The position numbers were made by a program, and so were the translations under genes. From Hydrolagus affinis (Eukaryota): a stretch of 64,000 nucleotides of DNA. Location: the NCBI GenBank assembly GCA_012026655.1, contig JAAILG010001621.1, forward strand, positions 1 to 64,000, read 5' to 3'. Of the stretch, positions 48,756 through 62,362 are shown piece after piece. Each line of letters begins with the position of its first letter. Position 1 is the first letter of the stretch. The notes under the pieces are model-generated. The model made no database searches, was not told the DNA's origin, and saw nothing but the letters and a program-made list of their open reading frames with translations.

Positions 48756-51700
48756 AGCATTTCAGAGCAGATTGGGAAAATTATTGAATTCAACTTTCCT
48801 TTGAAACCAGTTTTCTGTTGTTCTTCAAAGCAATTAAAAAAAAAGAAGCTTCAGAAATAAAAGCTGCGTTTATGAATTGCCTAAAATTCTGGGTGCTCTG
48901 AAACGCAACATAACAGTAAATCTAGTAAATCTGTCCCATAGTTCCCTGAAAGTAACAGAAACTAATACTGTACTGACTTCATGAATGCTAAATATTCTAT
49001 GATGGAAAATTATTTTTAAGCATATGGTTATAATTGAAAAACATATTTTCAAAATACAGCTCAGTGGGATGTTGCCAGCAGACCTATGGACCATTGTGCA
49101 GAACTGTACAGTATATTAAAGCAATACAATCCCAACGGAAAAGTGCTTGTAAACTGGAGAGACATGCTGGATATTGTTCTGTCACAATGGCATAAGAAAG
49201 CTTGGAAGAAGAAAAGTCATTCAGCCTACAAAGCCAATTCCTTCTGCAAACCCCAACCCATTATGTACTTCACACGGACTCCTGGGAGAAATCTCTGCAC
49301 AGATGCTTCCTGAAGCACAAATGCTCCTAAATTCCCAATTGGAGATTTTCCCCTTGGAGTAAAAACTGCAACAGTCATCCATCTCCTTTCCACTGCAAAT
49401 AAAATTTCTCTCCACCCTCTCCCACTTCCAAAAGTCTTACAGAGTATCTCTTCACCTCAGACTGTACTTATCCCAATATTCTTTGCTCCACATAATCATT
49501 AGCCCACAAGGCACAACGTCACTGCACTTGACAGAGCGCTTTGATCTGTCCTCTCAATGTGAAAGATGGTGAACCGGATTTAAAGTTTATTATTATTAGT
49601 AATAAAGGAAAAAAATCGAGGAAGTATCTCAAATTAAATCTTAAATAGGAAACCTGTTCTAAGTCGGTCTGATTAAGAATGGTAGACTGATATTTCCAAA
49701 TGGAGACTCTGGATTTAAGAATTTTTCAATCTCAAATCTTGTTACATTTTTCTCAAGGCTGAGACCAAATAAAACTTCGGGGATCTGAAGAGGCAAGAAT
49801 TCAAACATTCAACGAAAGCTTGGTAAGACCTTAAAATAAAAATTCTGTTAAGAGAGTTCAAATTAAATACTCCCAACAATTTTATGTTATCAGTCTATGG
49901 GATTATTCTGCACGTGAGCACATGGAGCCTTTGCATTCTCTGCAGTATCTTCAGCCTCCTTCTCCTCACGAATTAAGACTCCCATTTACATTTGTTCAAT
50001 TGGCAAATCCTACAAACATCTTTTGTTCAGCCTTATTTCCACCTCTTCCTCGGTGGGAACAGAACCAAGCCTCAGCCCGTCTCCCTGCGACCAAACCACA
50101 GATAAGTGCATACAGGAGCTGTTGTGTTCCACTCATTCCCCAGACTTGGACTGCAACCTCTAATGGGAAGTGCCTGGGACAGTGTTGTTCTGGAGCAGAC
50201 AAATCGCAGGCACAGCCAAGCAAAATCAAGCTCTCTGGTTTCTACTCCTCTCATTGGCAGCACAGCTAGCATAAGGAGTACTACCAGAATTTCCAGAGTT
50301 CTTTTCATGCCATTTACCATCACCAATGGTGTCCAAGATTGGAGGATAGAATGACTCTTAGCATTTAATGCATTGCAAGGCTGCAACTCTGAATTCTTGA
50401 CATAGTATCTGTAGACAAATTCAAGCACTCTTGCATTCAGATGCTTGTATAGCACTCAGGTTTTAATCAGTTCTTACACTTCATTCCCAGAGGAGCCAAT
50501 GTCTCCAGTGAAATTTTTCATTCACAGAATATATATGTAAGTAATCTGACAATGCATGAAATCAAACATAACTCAAGCCTTTTCTACAATCTATCCAAGG
50601 AGCATTAACTACTCGTGCCAACATTGAGCAAAGCTTCTGTCTCTGTACATTCTTTCTATACTATTCAGTAACTTCATTCCATACCTAGAACTACAAATAT
50701 TTTAAATGACACTTAGCAGTCCATAAACACTATGCTGAAATTCTAATCCCCAGTTAGTGGTGAGATACACTTGATGTGCTGTATACTGAATATAGAAGGG
50801 AAGGCACAGGCACAATGTCATTCATGTGAAACAGCAAAATAATTTAATTACCGGTATTCAATTTAGACAGAACTATAATGGTACCTCCGACATTGAATAG
50901 TGGAAGTGCTACATTACCATTCACATTAATCACCTGCAGAAAATTACAAATAAAAAAGGAAAGGAAATAAAATTTTGAATAAACTTAAATATGGCATTTC
51001 TCCTCAATATGTGCAGTGGGAGGGGAACAGTGAGAAATGGTCCAATTAACCACCGGTGTGTTTGTGTTTATGACCATACATTACTTAGAATTACTTCTTA
51101 AATGATCTTGAGTCGTTCTTAAAATCAACTTTCGGTTGATAATTTAACTCCTTTATTGTTTTTTTTATAAAAAAGGACGGCATAAAATAATGCAGCATAG
51201 TGTAAAACAGCTCAGTTGAAAACAAGAAACTATACTCTAGACACTTCACCATTTCAACGGATGTGAGAAAATAACATGATTGAAGTTGCTCAGCATTCCT
51301 GTCAAGCAACTGGTGACCAACCACATTTTAAGTGTTTCACTTACACTTGATCTCTCGTTAGTTCACAACTAAACCTCTCTGCTGGTGCTGTAAAAGCAGA
51401 ATAGCAAATGACTCTAAAGGCATCAATTCTACAATTCAAATGTTTCACATTGATGTAGAAGTTTAGGTAGATGTAGAACTTATCCGAATGCCTCTGTCCT
51501 GCTCTGTTGACTGAAAGATTTGGCACAGGTTAAAAAGGGAAAAGCCCAGCAAAAAAAAAGTACAAAATTGGGGATAAGAAACAATGGAAAAGCAGCAATA
51601 TATCAGCTTCACAAAGAAGAGCAATGACCCATCTCAGTCCTTTACAACATAATTACAGCCCATTTTAGGATATTAAATTAATGGCCAAGAATCTTTCTAA

Positions 51701-52037
51701 AAAGGTCTTATTAACACAAACAGCCTTGTTGAAATTTCATGATAAACGTAATAATACTAACTATGCTTTGGGTCATAATGCAAGCTATTACAATTAGCAG
51801 TGGTTCAGACAGTTGGAAGCCTGTATTTTAACAATAGAAAGTACAGCTGTTGACAATGTGGATGAAGTACTTCTGAAGTTCCATTTATATTAATACAGCC
51901 AAAGAGATCTCTTTCCTTGAGTAGTCATTATGTATTAACTATCAATGATCAGAAATAACCAGATACTGTATACTGAGGTTTTATAAACTATCTACATGAC
52001 ATTATTTAACTTGAACAGTCAAATCAGAGTCTAACAG

Positions 52038-52185
52038 TAATAATAATAATCCTTGTATTGATACATCTTTCAAAAAGAGAGGATATTTCAAATGCTTCAC
52101 AGGATTCATTGTAAAATCTCATGATTTTGTAATTTGTTAGCAGGCAACTTGCACAAAAACAAACCACCATGAACTGAATGATAAA
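52038..52185 (-). mobile_element. Old SINE 3' fragment
   Basis: TAATAATAATAATCCTTGTATTGAT...GCTTCACAGGATT. Confidence 0.6.
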
Positions 52186-53134
52186 TTTTGTGTCTTCACC
52201 TGTGTCTCCGAATGTTTCTCAACAAACCTTTCAACATCAAAATTCCTACTTATAGGTGAACAACATTTGTGGACTGAGACCACATCATGCCATCTTTTGG
52301 ATAAAACAAATATATGTTGTTACACATTTTCTAATGCAAAATCATGCACATTTTAAAATAAAATGTAAAAATATAAAATAAACCTTATTGTATTAATATT
52401 TACATTTGGTCTACTTTCATGTTGTGAGGATGTTTAAAAGCTCTTCACAATATATACTGTAAAGTGCAGGGATTTAATAATGTAGTCTAGTGTTTTATGT
52501 GTGTGGGCAGATATATGTTTATTATGTCCCTCATAATAGGTACAAGGCAATGTTAACGCACATGGTAATATTGATGGGCACCTAGGCAAAATAGGTTGAC
52601 CTATCCTTGTACTAACTCAGTCAGTGGAAATCCTTGCCAAGAATAGAACACAAACTCCAGTTACTCAATTCAGCTTGTAACTGACAAGTAGATGAAGCAT
52701 TTCTTTCAGAACCAAAGAAAAAACCTGAGGGTATATGTCAAGGTGATAAAAATGATAAATTTGTGTAGCAAGGTAAGCTTTTATAGCAGGCGAATACCAA
52801 AACTTAATTTCAGTCTGAGACAGATGCACCTGGATGTAGTTTGCGTTTGGTGTGACCGCTGGCTGACCTTGAAACATGACAGCTGATTTGCCCAGATATT
52901 CAAATCTAAACAAACTTAAACTTATTGCATTCGGGAGTGTTTTGCTTTTAGATTTCTGATGCATGTGTGTACTTCATTCTTGCTAACCACAATTTAACAG
53001 TAGATCTGAATTAATCATTATCATCATAATCCTTGCATTATAAGATCAAAAATAATTTAAGTTTGGGGTTTATCCCAATGTTAAAGGGATGTTTTAAATG
53101 GGATTTGAGTCGTTTGTGCAGAGGGAGAAGAAGC

Positions 53135-53817
53135 TGGCACTAGCCTCGGTTTAATGAGCTAAAATGCTTTCTTCTGTGGATTCGCTGAATTAACATTTTG
53201 CTTGGATTGGGGTCAGTTTTAATTTGCTTATAAATAACGGAATGTGTAATTTTGAGCAGAATTATCTCTATTCTTGCTTCGCAAAAAGCTATCAAACTAA
53301 TTATAAATGTAATGCATAATTTGGATTCTGTTTGAACGCCACTTCTGAGTGATCACGAATCTTCCTTGAACAGTACATTATAGATATATGGCCTCACCAA
53401 TGTGCGCACAATCTAATATTCTACAATCTTGACATTGAAAAACAATCAAACAGCTTTGACGCAGTTTATTTTGTTTCTACAACAGCCGCAATCTCCAAGT
53501 CATGCAGGTGGACGCTTGCCGTTTTTTTAAGTTTCTGTTTCATGATGATCTCACAGAAACATTCAAAAAGAACAGTTTTTCTTGAGGCAAACAAACTCAA
53601 AGATAAATTGGCCAGTTTCAGTTTACAGCTGTCGGTGGAATCTTACTGTGTTCAAAATGGCAGCAGTATTTGCCAACAAAGAAAATCTAATTTGACAGTT
53701 ATTACTGTGATAGCCTTTGAGATGGTTCAATATGTTAAATGCTATGAATATGCTTCAATCAACAATTGGCACTAGCCTCGGTTTAATGAGCTAAATTGCT
53801 TTCTTCTGTGGATTCGC
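53135..53817 (+). repeat. 51-bp near-identical direct repeat (53135-53185 and 53767-53817)
   Basis: TGGCACTAGCCTCGGTTTAATGAGCTAAA(A/T)TGCTTTCTTCTGTGGATTCGC, one mismatch. Confidence 0.92.
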
Positions 53818-54127
53818 CAACTTAAAACTATGTGTGAACATGGTTGAGGATTAGCTAAAATCATGATGCGATTGAGAGGGAGAGACACATGAATAAATAG
53901 GATGCTCTCTTTACATCACTGAAAGTTTCTTTTCACAAATGTTATTGCCTTTGTATTTTAATAATACCCAGAAACACAGAACAAATGAATGTGTTAGAAA
54001 GACAAGTGTTGTAAATTCAAACAAATTCCCAAGTAAAGATTATTCCAATTTTAACACCTTGTAAATGAGCCCATAAAGTCAAAGATGGAGTGCTATATTT
54101 TACATTTCAGACATTAGAATAATTTAC

Positions 54128-54342
54128 AAGTTTCCCACGCCTAATAATAATCCCTCCNNNNNNNNNNNNNNNNNNNNNNNNNNNNNNNNNNNNNNNNNNN
54201 NNNNNNNNNNNNNNNNNNNNNNNNNNNNNNNNNNNNNNNNNNNNNNNNNNNNNNNNNTATTCTGTGAAGCGCTTTGGGACGTTGATAAGATGTGGAAAGC
54301 GCTATATCAAATGCAAGGATTATTATTATTATTATTATTATA
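54128..54342 (+). mobile_element. SINE copy spanning the assembly gap
   Basis: Left CACGCCTAATAATAATCCCTC and right TATTCTGTGAAGCGCTTT...AAGG(ATT)n belong to the same family, in the same orientation. Confidence 0.75.
54158..54257. other. Assembly gap (100 N)
   Basis: Run of exactly 100 N. Confidence 1.
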
Positions 54343-54720
54343 CATTTGTCAATGTAGTTTTATCCTCCAACTGAAAACATGGTATTACAAGCTCCTATTC
54401 TAACAAGCAAAGATTTTGTCAGTCAACAGAGGAAGTCAAATCTTATTGTAGTATTTTACCAAACTTACTTATCAATCAGCAATTTTCTAATAATAATGTT
54501 CACTGATGTTATTTTACTTTTTGAAATGACAAATCTATAAAGGAACTGAGTAAGTAATTAACTAGATCTCAAACTGTTGCTGTACTACTAATAAACATCT
54601 ACAAATTAAATGTGCTAATTGATATTAAATAAATATGCAAATATTTGGACTACAGGATTTACCTTCAGTTAGTCTTTACAAGAAAAACACTTCCATTCTA
54701 CAAAAGAGCACCTGAAGTAC

Positions 54721-54765
54721 ATCCTATTGAAAATGGATCCTATTGAAATCCTATTGAAAATGGAT
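54721..54765 (+). repeat. Short tandem triplication ATCCTATTGAA(AATGG)
   Basis: Directly visible. Confidence 0.85.
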
Positions 54766-55019
54766 TCAGCATCACTCTCACAAGGAGGTGTATCATCATC
54801 AGGTGACCTGAAAAATATCTGATCTTCACCTAAAACCCGGCCTTCAAATTAAATGTTTCTAATTGTTTGGTACAGTAATGCTTAGGGTACCTTCACCTTC
54901 GGTATCTCCCAGTGCTTTGGACGTCCTCCCAATATGGAAGATAGTGAACAAACGTAACATATTGTTGTATCTAAGACTCTCAATATTCCCATAGTCGATT
55001 AGTTCTTGAAATGACTATT

Positions 55020-55085
55020 CAGCGCATTGGAACATCCTCCCGACGTTAAAGGCGCTCTATGAATGTCGTTTTGTTGTTGTTGTAG
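55020..55085 (+). mobile_element. L2 extreme 3' end (a more decayed one lies at ~54910-54968)
   Basis: CAGCGCATTGGAACATCCTCCCGACGTTAAAGGCGCTCTAT...TTGTTGTTG. Confidence 0.78.
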
Positions 55086-58000
55086 TTATTTAATCCATGA
55101 ATTTGCTTCATTTATATTTGAGTCCAAAGACCTGAGACATCCATTTCCAAAGAACACTGAATAACTGGGTGCATTCCATCGTCCTAGTTTACTGGGCCAC
55201 TTTGCAGCACGATACAATGGCATAAAGTTATATTTGTGAGTGAACACAAATGAATTGAGATTAATTTAATTAATTGAGAAACCACAGTAATTGAGATATG
55301 TCAGTCCATTGTTTCACTGCATCTAGAGTTTGGTATACTGTTTAGGTCCTAGGAAAATTGCTGGCAGTCCGGATGAGTTCCTGTTGCAAAGCTTTGACAA
55401 GTAATGGAACAGCAAACAATATATCTTACAAGAATGGCATGTTCTCTTTTGGATCAGAGCTTTTGGAGGTGGAGACATTCAATATCTGCCTTGTGTTTAT
55501 TCCCTCACTAAATGGGGAACCACAGTTAGACTGAAAGTAGCAATCAGATGCTATTTCCAGCTATTTTTCAAACACTTTCCATCCTGAATTTAACTCTAAA
55601 ATTAAAACTAATTTGATGTGGCTTTAACTCTGCCAATTTCAAATTACCATGAAGGGTTCTTCAACAACCATGGGCTTTGGTCAAAATTCCACTCGTAAGA
55701 ATGTTGTCATTTTGCATTCAATATAGCACGCTGTTATTTTCCTTTCAAAAGAACCTAGCTGGCCGCAGTTTTACGTTGCATCGACCTGTTTCCCTCAGCT
55801 CAGGTTTTCTATTTCAAAAGACATACAGACTGTGTAGCTAAATATTATTACACTATTCTTTGTCACCATTAAGCGCCAGTTGGCTATAGTCAAATAAATG
55901 TAAGGGTTTGTTTTACGATGAAATTTCTCAAATATATGCTCTCTCTAGCTTTACTTTACAATAAAAAGGTCACAATTTAATTCTGTGGTTGAGATTAAAG
56001 GATCAGAAAATGTAGCTCTGAGATTTTAAAAGCATACAAACATATGTACAAAATAAACTATGTGATTTCTATCTTTTTCTCCCCCAAACAAAATATTAAA
56101 GCTTTTCTAAAGTCAGATTGCAAAATTTAGACTGGTCCGTAATGAAAATCTGCAATCTGTGAACAATCTCCCCAGCAGAATGCTTTTAATATACTTATTT
56201 TGCTATGTTTGATTTAGATAACTAAAGTCAAAGTTGGTAGTTGCATCTTTGTGAATACAAGCACAAATGATGAGAGTTCAAGAAAACAGATTTGTGTACT
56301 GTACCTGCAAAACACTACTTTGAGTGTTGCTGCTCGTGACAAAAATAATATGCATCACCAGTAAATTAAAAAATACATTATATTTCATACATGCCGAGCT
56401 CTTGGTAAAATCCCTGGATTATAATATGTTTATTTTTTTAAAATATTTTATTGATGTGCATATTGTAAGTCATTTTACGCCGCCCAATGAAGATGAAAAC
56501 ACCGCAGGTGGAACAAAATCTGCAGGAAGTAAAGTAAAGGGTAGAATATCAGGGTCATGCAAACTGACACTCCACTGTGTGATCCAAATGGGAAATTTGT
56601 TTCCAATTATTGCAGAAGTACAAACTGACTAGTAGCTTGACCCAAGTACGCATGTTGCACAGAAATCCTTTTCTTTCCAGGTGGGTGTCATGAAGTTCAA
56701 TGCAGCATGTAAATTGAAATGATACTGGGCCACATATCTGAAACAGCAACAAGATCGTATTTATTACACAGATCATGCCAGAAAGCCTCCTGCTTCCACT
56801 GTGGCCAGCAAACAATGTCAAGTGCAAAGAGGCATCTCCCCATTTGAAAGGCAATAAATTGTATTGTGCCTATGGTCACTTCCCTATAACTCCCCCTTCC
56901 CACCTTCCCACCCCTCACCACGATCAGATTATCTCTATGAAGCAATTCAAGACATTAACCCGTGTGAAGAATGCTCTATAAATCCAAGATGTTGTTTTCT
57001 CTTGTGAATATCAGAAGTACTGTAGAATCCAGAAAAGAAAGTTTATCAGTAGGGAGCCAGAATCAATTGAGAGATCTGCAGAACCCCCAAAACAAATTGC
57101 TGCCTTCACCTATTTTCCAGGAACTACATAGACAGAACATGCATTTCTATCAATCACACCTTCTGTCCTTATAACTTACTTTGAGTGAGTTTGCTAAATT
57201 AATGCCGAATTGTTTTGTGTCCACTGGGTATTGGATCAAGCTGAAACTGCTTAAATTAATTTCAGTGGAAACCTTTCAGCACTCTTTTAAGAGAAACTTA
57301 TCTCAGTTCTATTTACCACACTGGAATGGATTGCATTTATGGTCCAAGAAATGCAAGCTACATCCAAGCAATACATACATAAACAAAACCTCTCTCTTTT
57401 TAAAAACAATACTGATTGGAGTAATTCATGTTGTGTTATAACATGTATGTTAAACTCTTATTCAAATCCATTTCTGTCTCATCCACAGAATGTTTTGAGT
57501 GTTTGGTTTAATTCATCCCAGCATGAAGTAACTACGCCCAGAAGTGTACACTGTTGTGTACAACATGATCATCACTCAGTGGAAACTGCCAAAAAAAAAT
57601 GCATCTGTATTCAATTGACATGTCTCATCATTAAATACTGCTTTGTTTTCAATGTGTTCTAACTGCGGCCATTTACAATATATCCAAATGAAATATTTTA
57701 AAAATTGGCTTGGTTATGATATAAATATTTTTCGGCCTGTGTAAATCAATATGCTGCACCCTACACAGTGTGTAATCTACCACAGAAATCTGTTAACTCC
57801 ATCAGCGATTTAATTTGACCACACTTTAAAGTCTGTATCAAAATACATGACAGAAATAATCCAGTTTGGTACAGGATTTTTCTTTGTAAATAAATATTCA
57901 CACTTAATTGAAACCTTGCATCTTAAATATTAGCATTTGAATTTTGAAATGTTCTGCATCAATATACTTGAATGCTGAAACAAACGTCAAATCTCACTTT

Positions 58001-59721
58001 ACACTCAAGGACCAAGAGACAAATGTAATTTTGTATTTGACAACTAGGCATCTAAAAACATGAAGAAAATCATCAGCATCTTTAGCATATCGAAAGCAAA
58101 CTGAAAGTACTACATATGTTTGCCATTGTAAATTCCCCATTTGTTCTCAGCAAAATTCGGGAAAGAGTTAATCACCCAATGTTCCCTCACCAATGCAGGC
58201 ACATCAAAGTCAGCAATCCACAATAGTATCAAGTAACTCACATTTTTCTTGCCTTCAATCAGTTGTTGTCTGGTTTGGGAATCCTTAGTGGAGCAAATTA
58301 CAAACCATCACCTTAACCAGGCTATTCCTTCGCTAATACAGTAGATCCAGATCAGCTGTAAAATTATTTCCTTAGAACACATTGGATCAACTTTCCTGTT
58401 CCAAATGTGAAGGTCTGAGCTTAGCCTGCGGATTTTCTCTCTCAGGATCTTAAATTTCTTCTTCTTCTACACAGCTACAATCTCAATTTCTTTCAAAGTG
58501 AATTAACTTGTGTTACAAAAACATGGAGTTAAAAGCTGACTGTCATAAATAACAGGACATTTGAACAGCCGTGTAACATAATGACTCAGCTAACAAAGCT
58601 TCATTATACCTTTCAGTTCTTTAAATGCTGACTCTGCCAGTTAAAGCAAAAAAGAAAACAGTGGAGCACTGTTCTCAACACTGTGACAATAAGTGGGGCA
58701 AAGCACAGTCTTCAGTGTGTTAAAAGGTACAAAAATATCAAGCTTTAAAAAGACAAACTATAAGAAAGAACAATGGCTCATGTTCCACAACCGCACAGGT
58801 GCCAACCTCCCACAGTCAAAATAGATGTTAATGTACAATGAGATTAGACTAAGTGATACTCAGGATTAACTGGCGTTACAAGAGAATATCATAGTTCTAT
58901 TTTATATATACAGTATCTTGAAAAAAATTCTGTGCACTATTATACAGGAATCCAAGAGTGCAGGAATCCAAGAGCCAACTGTTAGCAATGAAGTGGGAAC
59001 AAAATCCTCATACTGTATAGGCTAAGAATAACATAAGAAATAAAAAAAAACTGGAAAACAGTCCAATTTAGTATGTTAAGAGCACAAACCTTCAGAACTT
59101 TCAAAACTTTTGTACAGGACCTCTACTTATAGCCAAAGGTCTTTATTTTGCTCTTTTAATTGATACTGCATTCACAGCCAAGCTTCAGATGGTACCTATC
59201 ATTGCACTACAATGATTTAGGGAAAGCCTCAAGTCATTTACAGAAGAAGAAAATTTCAGACACTTTTGAGCCCATGAAATTTTGAGACTTGTTTAATTGG
59301 ATGAGACTGAGAAATGCTAATCTCAGTCACATTACTGACCCAGACAAGTTACCAGTCGGATAGTGGATTCTTCGCCGATCAAAGCAAAACAGCCACTTCA
59401 AGTGTTTTCTGACATCTGGACATGTTTTGTCTTGTACACACAGCGATTACTGATTAATTACTCATTAAAAGGACATTGAGTGAGTCACACTATCTTTTCT
59501 TGGTTTGAAACTTAATAATGGATTTATGATTGACCCTGGTTAAAAAGTATAGATTTTTAATGGTCAATTGGAAATCTCCCAACATTTTATTTTGTAACAT
59601 TCCTAACACAATCTGGAGAAAATTAGAGCTCTACAGGGTTTTTTTTGCCAACTTTTGGTACTAAAATAAAGAAACAATGTAACAAATTCTCATCAGTTTG
59701 CTGGTCATTTTTATGTACATG

Positions 59722-59792
59722 TAATAACAACGAACAATAAAATTACAAATATAGAGCGCCCTTCACGTCGGGAGGATGTCCCAAGGCGCTGA
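59722..59792 (-). mobile_element. L2 extreme 3' end
   Basis: AAATTACAAATATAGAGCGCCCTTCACGTCGGGAGGATGTCCCAAGGCGCTG. Confidence 0.85.
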
Positions 59793-59834
59793 CTACTAAC
59801 TGTACATGAAGCAATAACTGCCCTCTCTCCCCTC

Positions 59835-60022
59835 AATAATAAACCATGCATTTGATATAGTGCCTTGTCACATCTTTGAGATGTTTCACAGCGCTTTATA
59901 GAATATACTGTCAAGTGAATTGATTGTATATTTTGAAGGCAAAATGCGACTATCAATAGTGCACAACAGCATCTTATAAAAGTCTCCAAATCATTATTAT
60001 TCATTTGAGGGATTATTACCCT
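59835..60022 (-). mobile_element. SINE 3' two-thirds
   Basis: TGCATTTGATATAG...GAATATACTGTCAAGTGAATTG...TTGAGGGATTATTAC. Confidence 0.8.
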
Positions 60023-60339
60023 CTTCAATCTGTGCTTACCAAAATAATGGCCACTATGGTTAGGCTTGAATGAATTTGGATCTATCAAAGAATTATAAAT
60101 CAGATTTTTTAATGTGAATTCTGTGTGGAATGCAGACCTGTACATTTAACTTCAATTATCCTTACTATTTTCCAGTGCTTTGTGCAGCACTGTTTTGGCA
60201 CATGTATAAGTAAGGATATTTGAGCCATAGAACTGATCCACTTTTCCATGATAAAAAATAACTAATCACGAGAGTAGAACAAAAATGTGGACCACAATAG
60301 CTAGCTTTGTTATATGCTCAAAAACAAAAATCATGAAAT

Positions 60340-60630
60340 TAATGGCGAGTGGGTCAGTAACCCGAAGACACCGATTTAAAATAACCATTAAAAGAAACAG
60401 AGGGGAGGTGAGGAGAAATTTTATCATGCAACTGAAAGGGTGGTGGAAGTCGATTTGATAACTTTTAAGAGTGAAGTAGATAGTTATTTGGGGAGGACAC
60501 TTTGCAGGGCTATGGGGAGAGCACGGGAGTGTGGTATTGATTTGGACAGCTCTTTTCAAAGAGGCGGCATAGACACAATAGGCTGAATGGCCTCCTTCTG
60601 TGCCATACTGTATAATAATAATTCTATGAT
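60340..60630 (+). mobile_element. CR1 3' end
   Basis: TGCAGGGCTATGGGGAGAG...GGCTGAATGGCCTCCTTCTGTGC...ATTCTATGAT. Confidence 0.88.
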
Positions 60631-60802
60631 ACCCACTTAAACCTGTGCTGTACCCTTCCTGTGCAAAGCTCTGGTGTACTTTTTATATTGGGCTGCTCAG
60701 AACCGCACACAACACTCAACTGTAGAATAATAAGTGTCATATCACTTCCTAAAGCTTGCGTACCAAAATTCTACATCATTCACTGTCTCTACACTGCAGT
60801 GC

Positions 60803-61069
60803 TAATAATAATAATAATGCTTGCATTTGATACATCTTCTAGAGGTCTCAAAGCTGTAAAGTGAATTGACTGTATATTTCTAGGTGAAACATGGCAGTTA
60901 GTTGCGCACAGCAGTGTCCCACAAACAGTCGTGGCTTTTTTTTCTTGAAGGATTATTTTCAGGCGTGTGGAGTAAGAAAATTTGCCCATGATTTTACCCT
61001 GGCCCGGGAATTGAACCTAGATCACTCACTTGAGAGGCGAATGCTCTAACCGCTGAGCTACAGGACTCC
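60803..61069 (-). mobile_element. Full-length tRNA-derived SINE with small internal deletions
   Basis: Ends in CTAACCGCTGAGCTACAGGACTCC and is colinear with 35947-36235. Confidence 0.9.
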
Positions 61070-62234
61070 AGGAATGAATAAAGCATTCATTCCAGTTCCA
61101 ATCCTTTTTTTGAATATGAATCATCAATATTTCACTGAGCTAAGTATAGGCAGTCAGATTGCCAAGATTGTACAATCAAATCATATGGGCACACTCAGCA
61201 CATCAAAGCAGATAGCGGAGGTCGGGGAGGAAATGCATCTGTACAGGACTTGTATGTAAATGTAGTGGATATTATGCCAGGTCTGAAAGCCACGTCCAGC
61301 TGGATCATGTCTGTTGTTTTCTCTGAATAGAACAGTCTTCCAAAAATATGTGAAATTGAGCAAAACACACACATTTGCTGGGAAGCAACCACAACAAATT
61401 GTATTTATTTCGCTCCTTTCATGTTGGGATGCTGGAGGCAAAGAGATAAAGTTGGGTGACATCTGCATGCTTGTGGAAGTTAATCAGATGACTGCAGATG
61501 ACACCACCAGGTGTGACTATGTAAATATTAATGAGGACAGAATCTTGACGAACGGCACATGTGACAGTGCAAGGGCTGGAGGAGAAGTCGTAAGTGAATG
61601 CCAAGTTGAGACGATGGATAAGTTAAGGACAAACCAAGCAAGTTTAAACAAAACTTGTTCAAATAAAAAAGCATTAGGTTTGATTATTGTCAAGTCATTT
61701 AATCTATTTTGTAGTAATTTGATTAGAATCCGCAAGGTGTTGCCATCTTTTTTTTCTGCTCTCAATTGTTTTACGTTGGTGTACGCCACATTTTTCGGGA
61801 GTCGCTTAACCATTTGATTTCCTGGTCTATATAGATTATTTCCATATTTCTGTGGGTTTGAGGGTAACATCAAATGAAACAATTCAAGGAACCGGCTGTG
61901 AAAGTTGTTCAGCAGCTTCTTGACACTCACTTGTGACCTGGTGGATGATTCATTTTAAATATTATTGAACCTCTTCTTTCTATCTGCTTCTGCCAAACAG
62001 ACAGACAGGCTCCAATTAAACTCCTTTCCCAATTTACATCTGCTCCATTTCTTCCCAGGTAAACATGCAGCTCAACACCTTTCTCAGCAATGTGCTGAGT
62101 GTTTTGTTTCAAGTGGTTGGTTTTTATAATGTTGAAATGTTTTATGGCCAGCATGCAAAAATCAAGATTGTCATTTTTGTAACTTTACCCTTTCAATTTC
62201 CTCAGGAACCTTTGCACACTACAGGCTTATTATG

Positions 62235-62362
62235 AATGCAAGTTGGCTGCTGCTTTGGCCTGCAAAATACCAAGTCACTTCACTTTACAGCATATACCAT
62301 CAAGTGCTTTGAGATGTCCTCCCGATGTGAAGGAGGCATTTCAAATATAAGGATTAGTATTC
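62235..62362 (+). mobile_element. SINE 3' fragment
   Basis: TTGGCTGCTGCTTT...TTCACTTTACAG...GTGCTTTGAGATGTCC...TCAAATATAAGGATTA. Confidence 0.7.

Noticed and set aside
61314-61930. Overlapping 167-aa (+) and 137-aa (-) ORFs
   Set aside because: No recognisable homology, non-ATG starts, and lengths attainable by chance.
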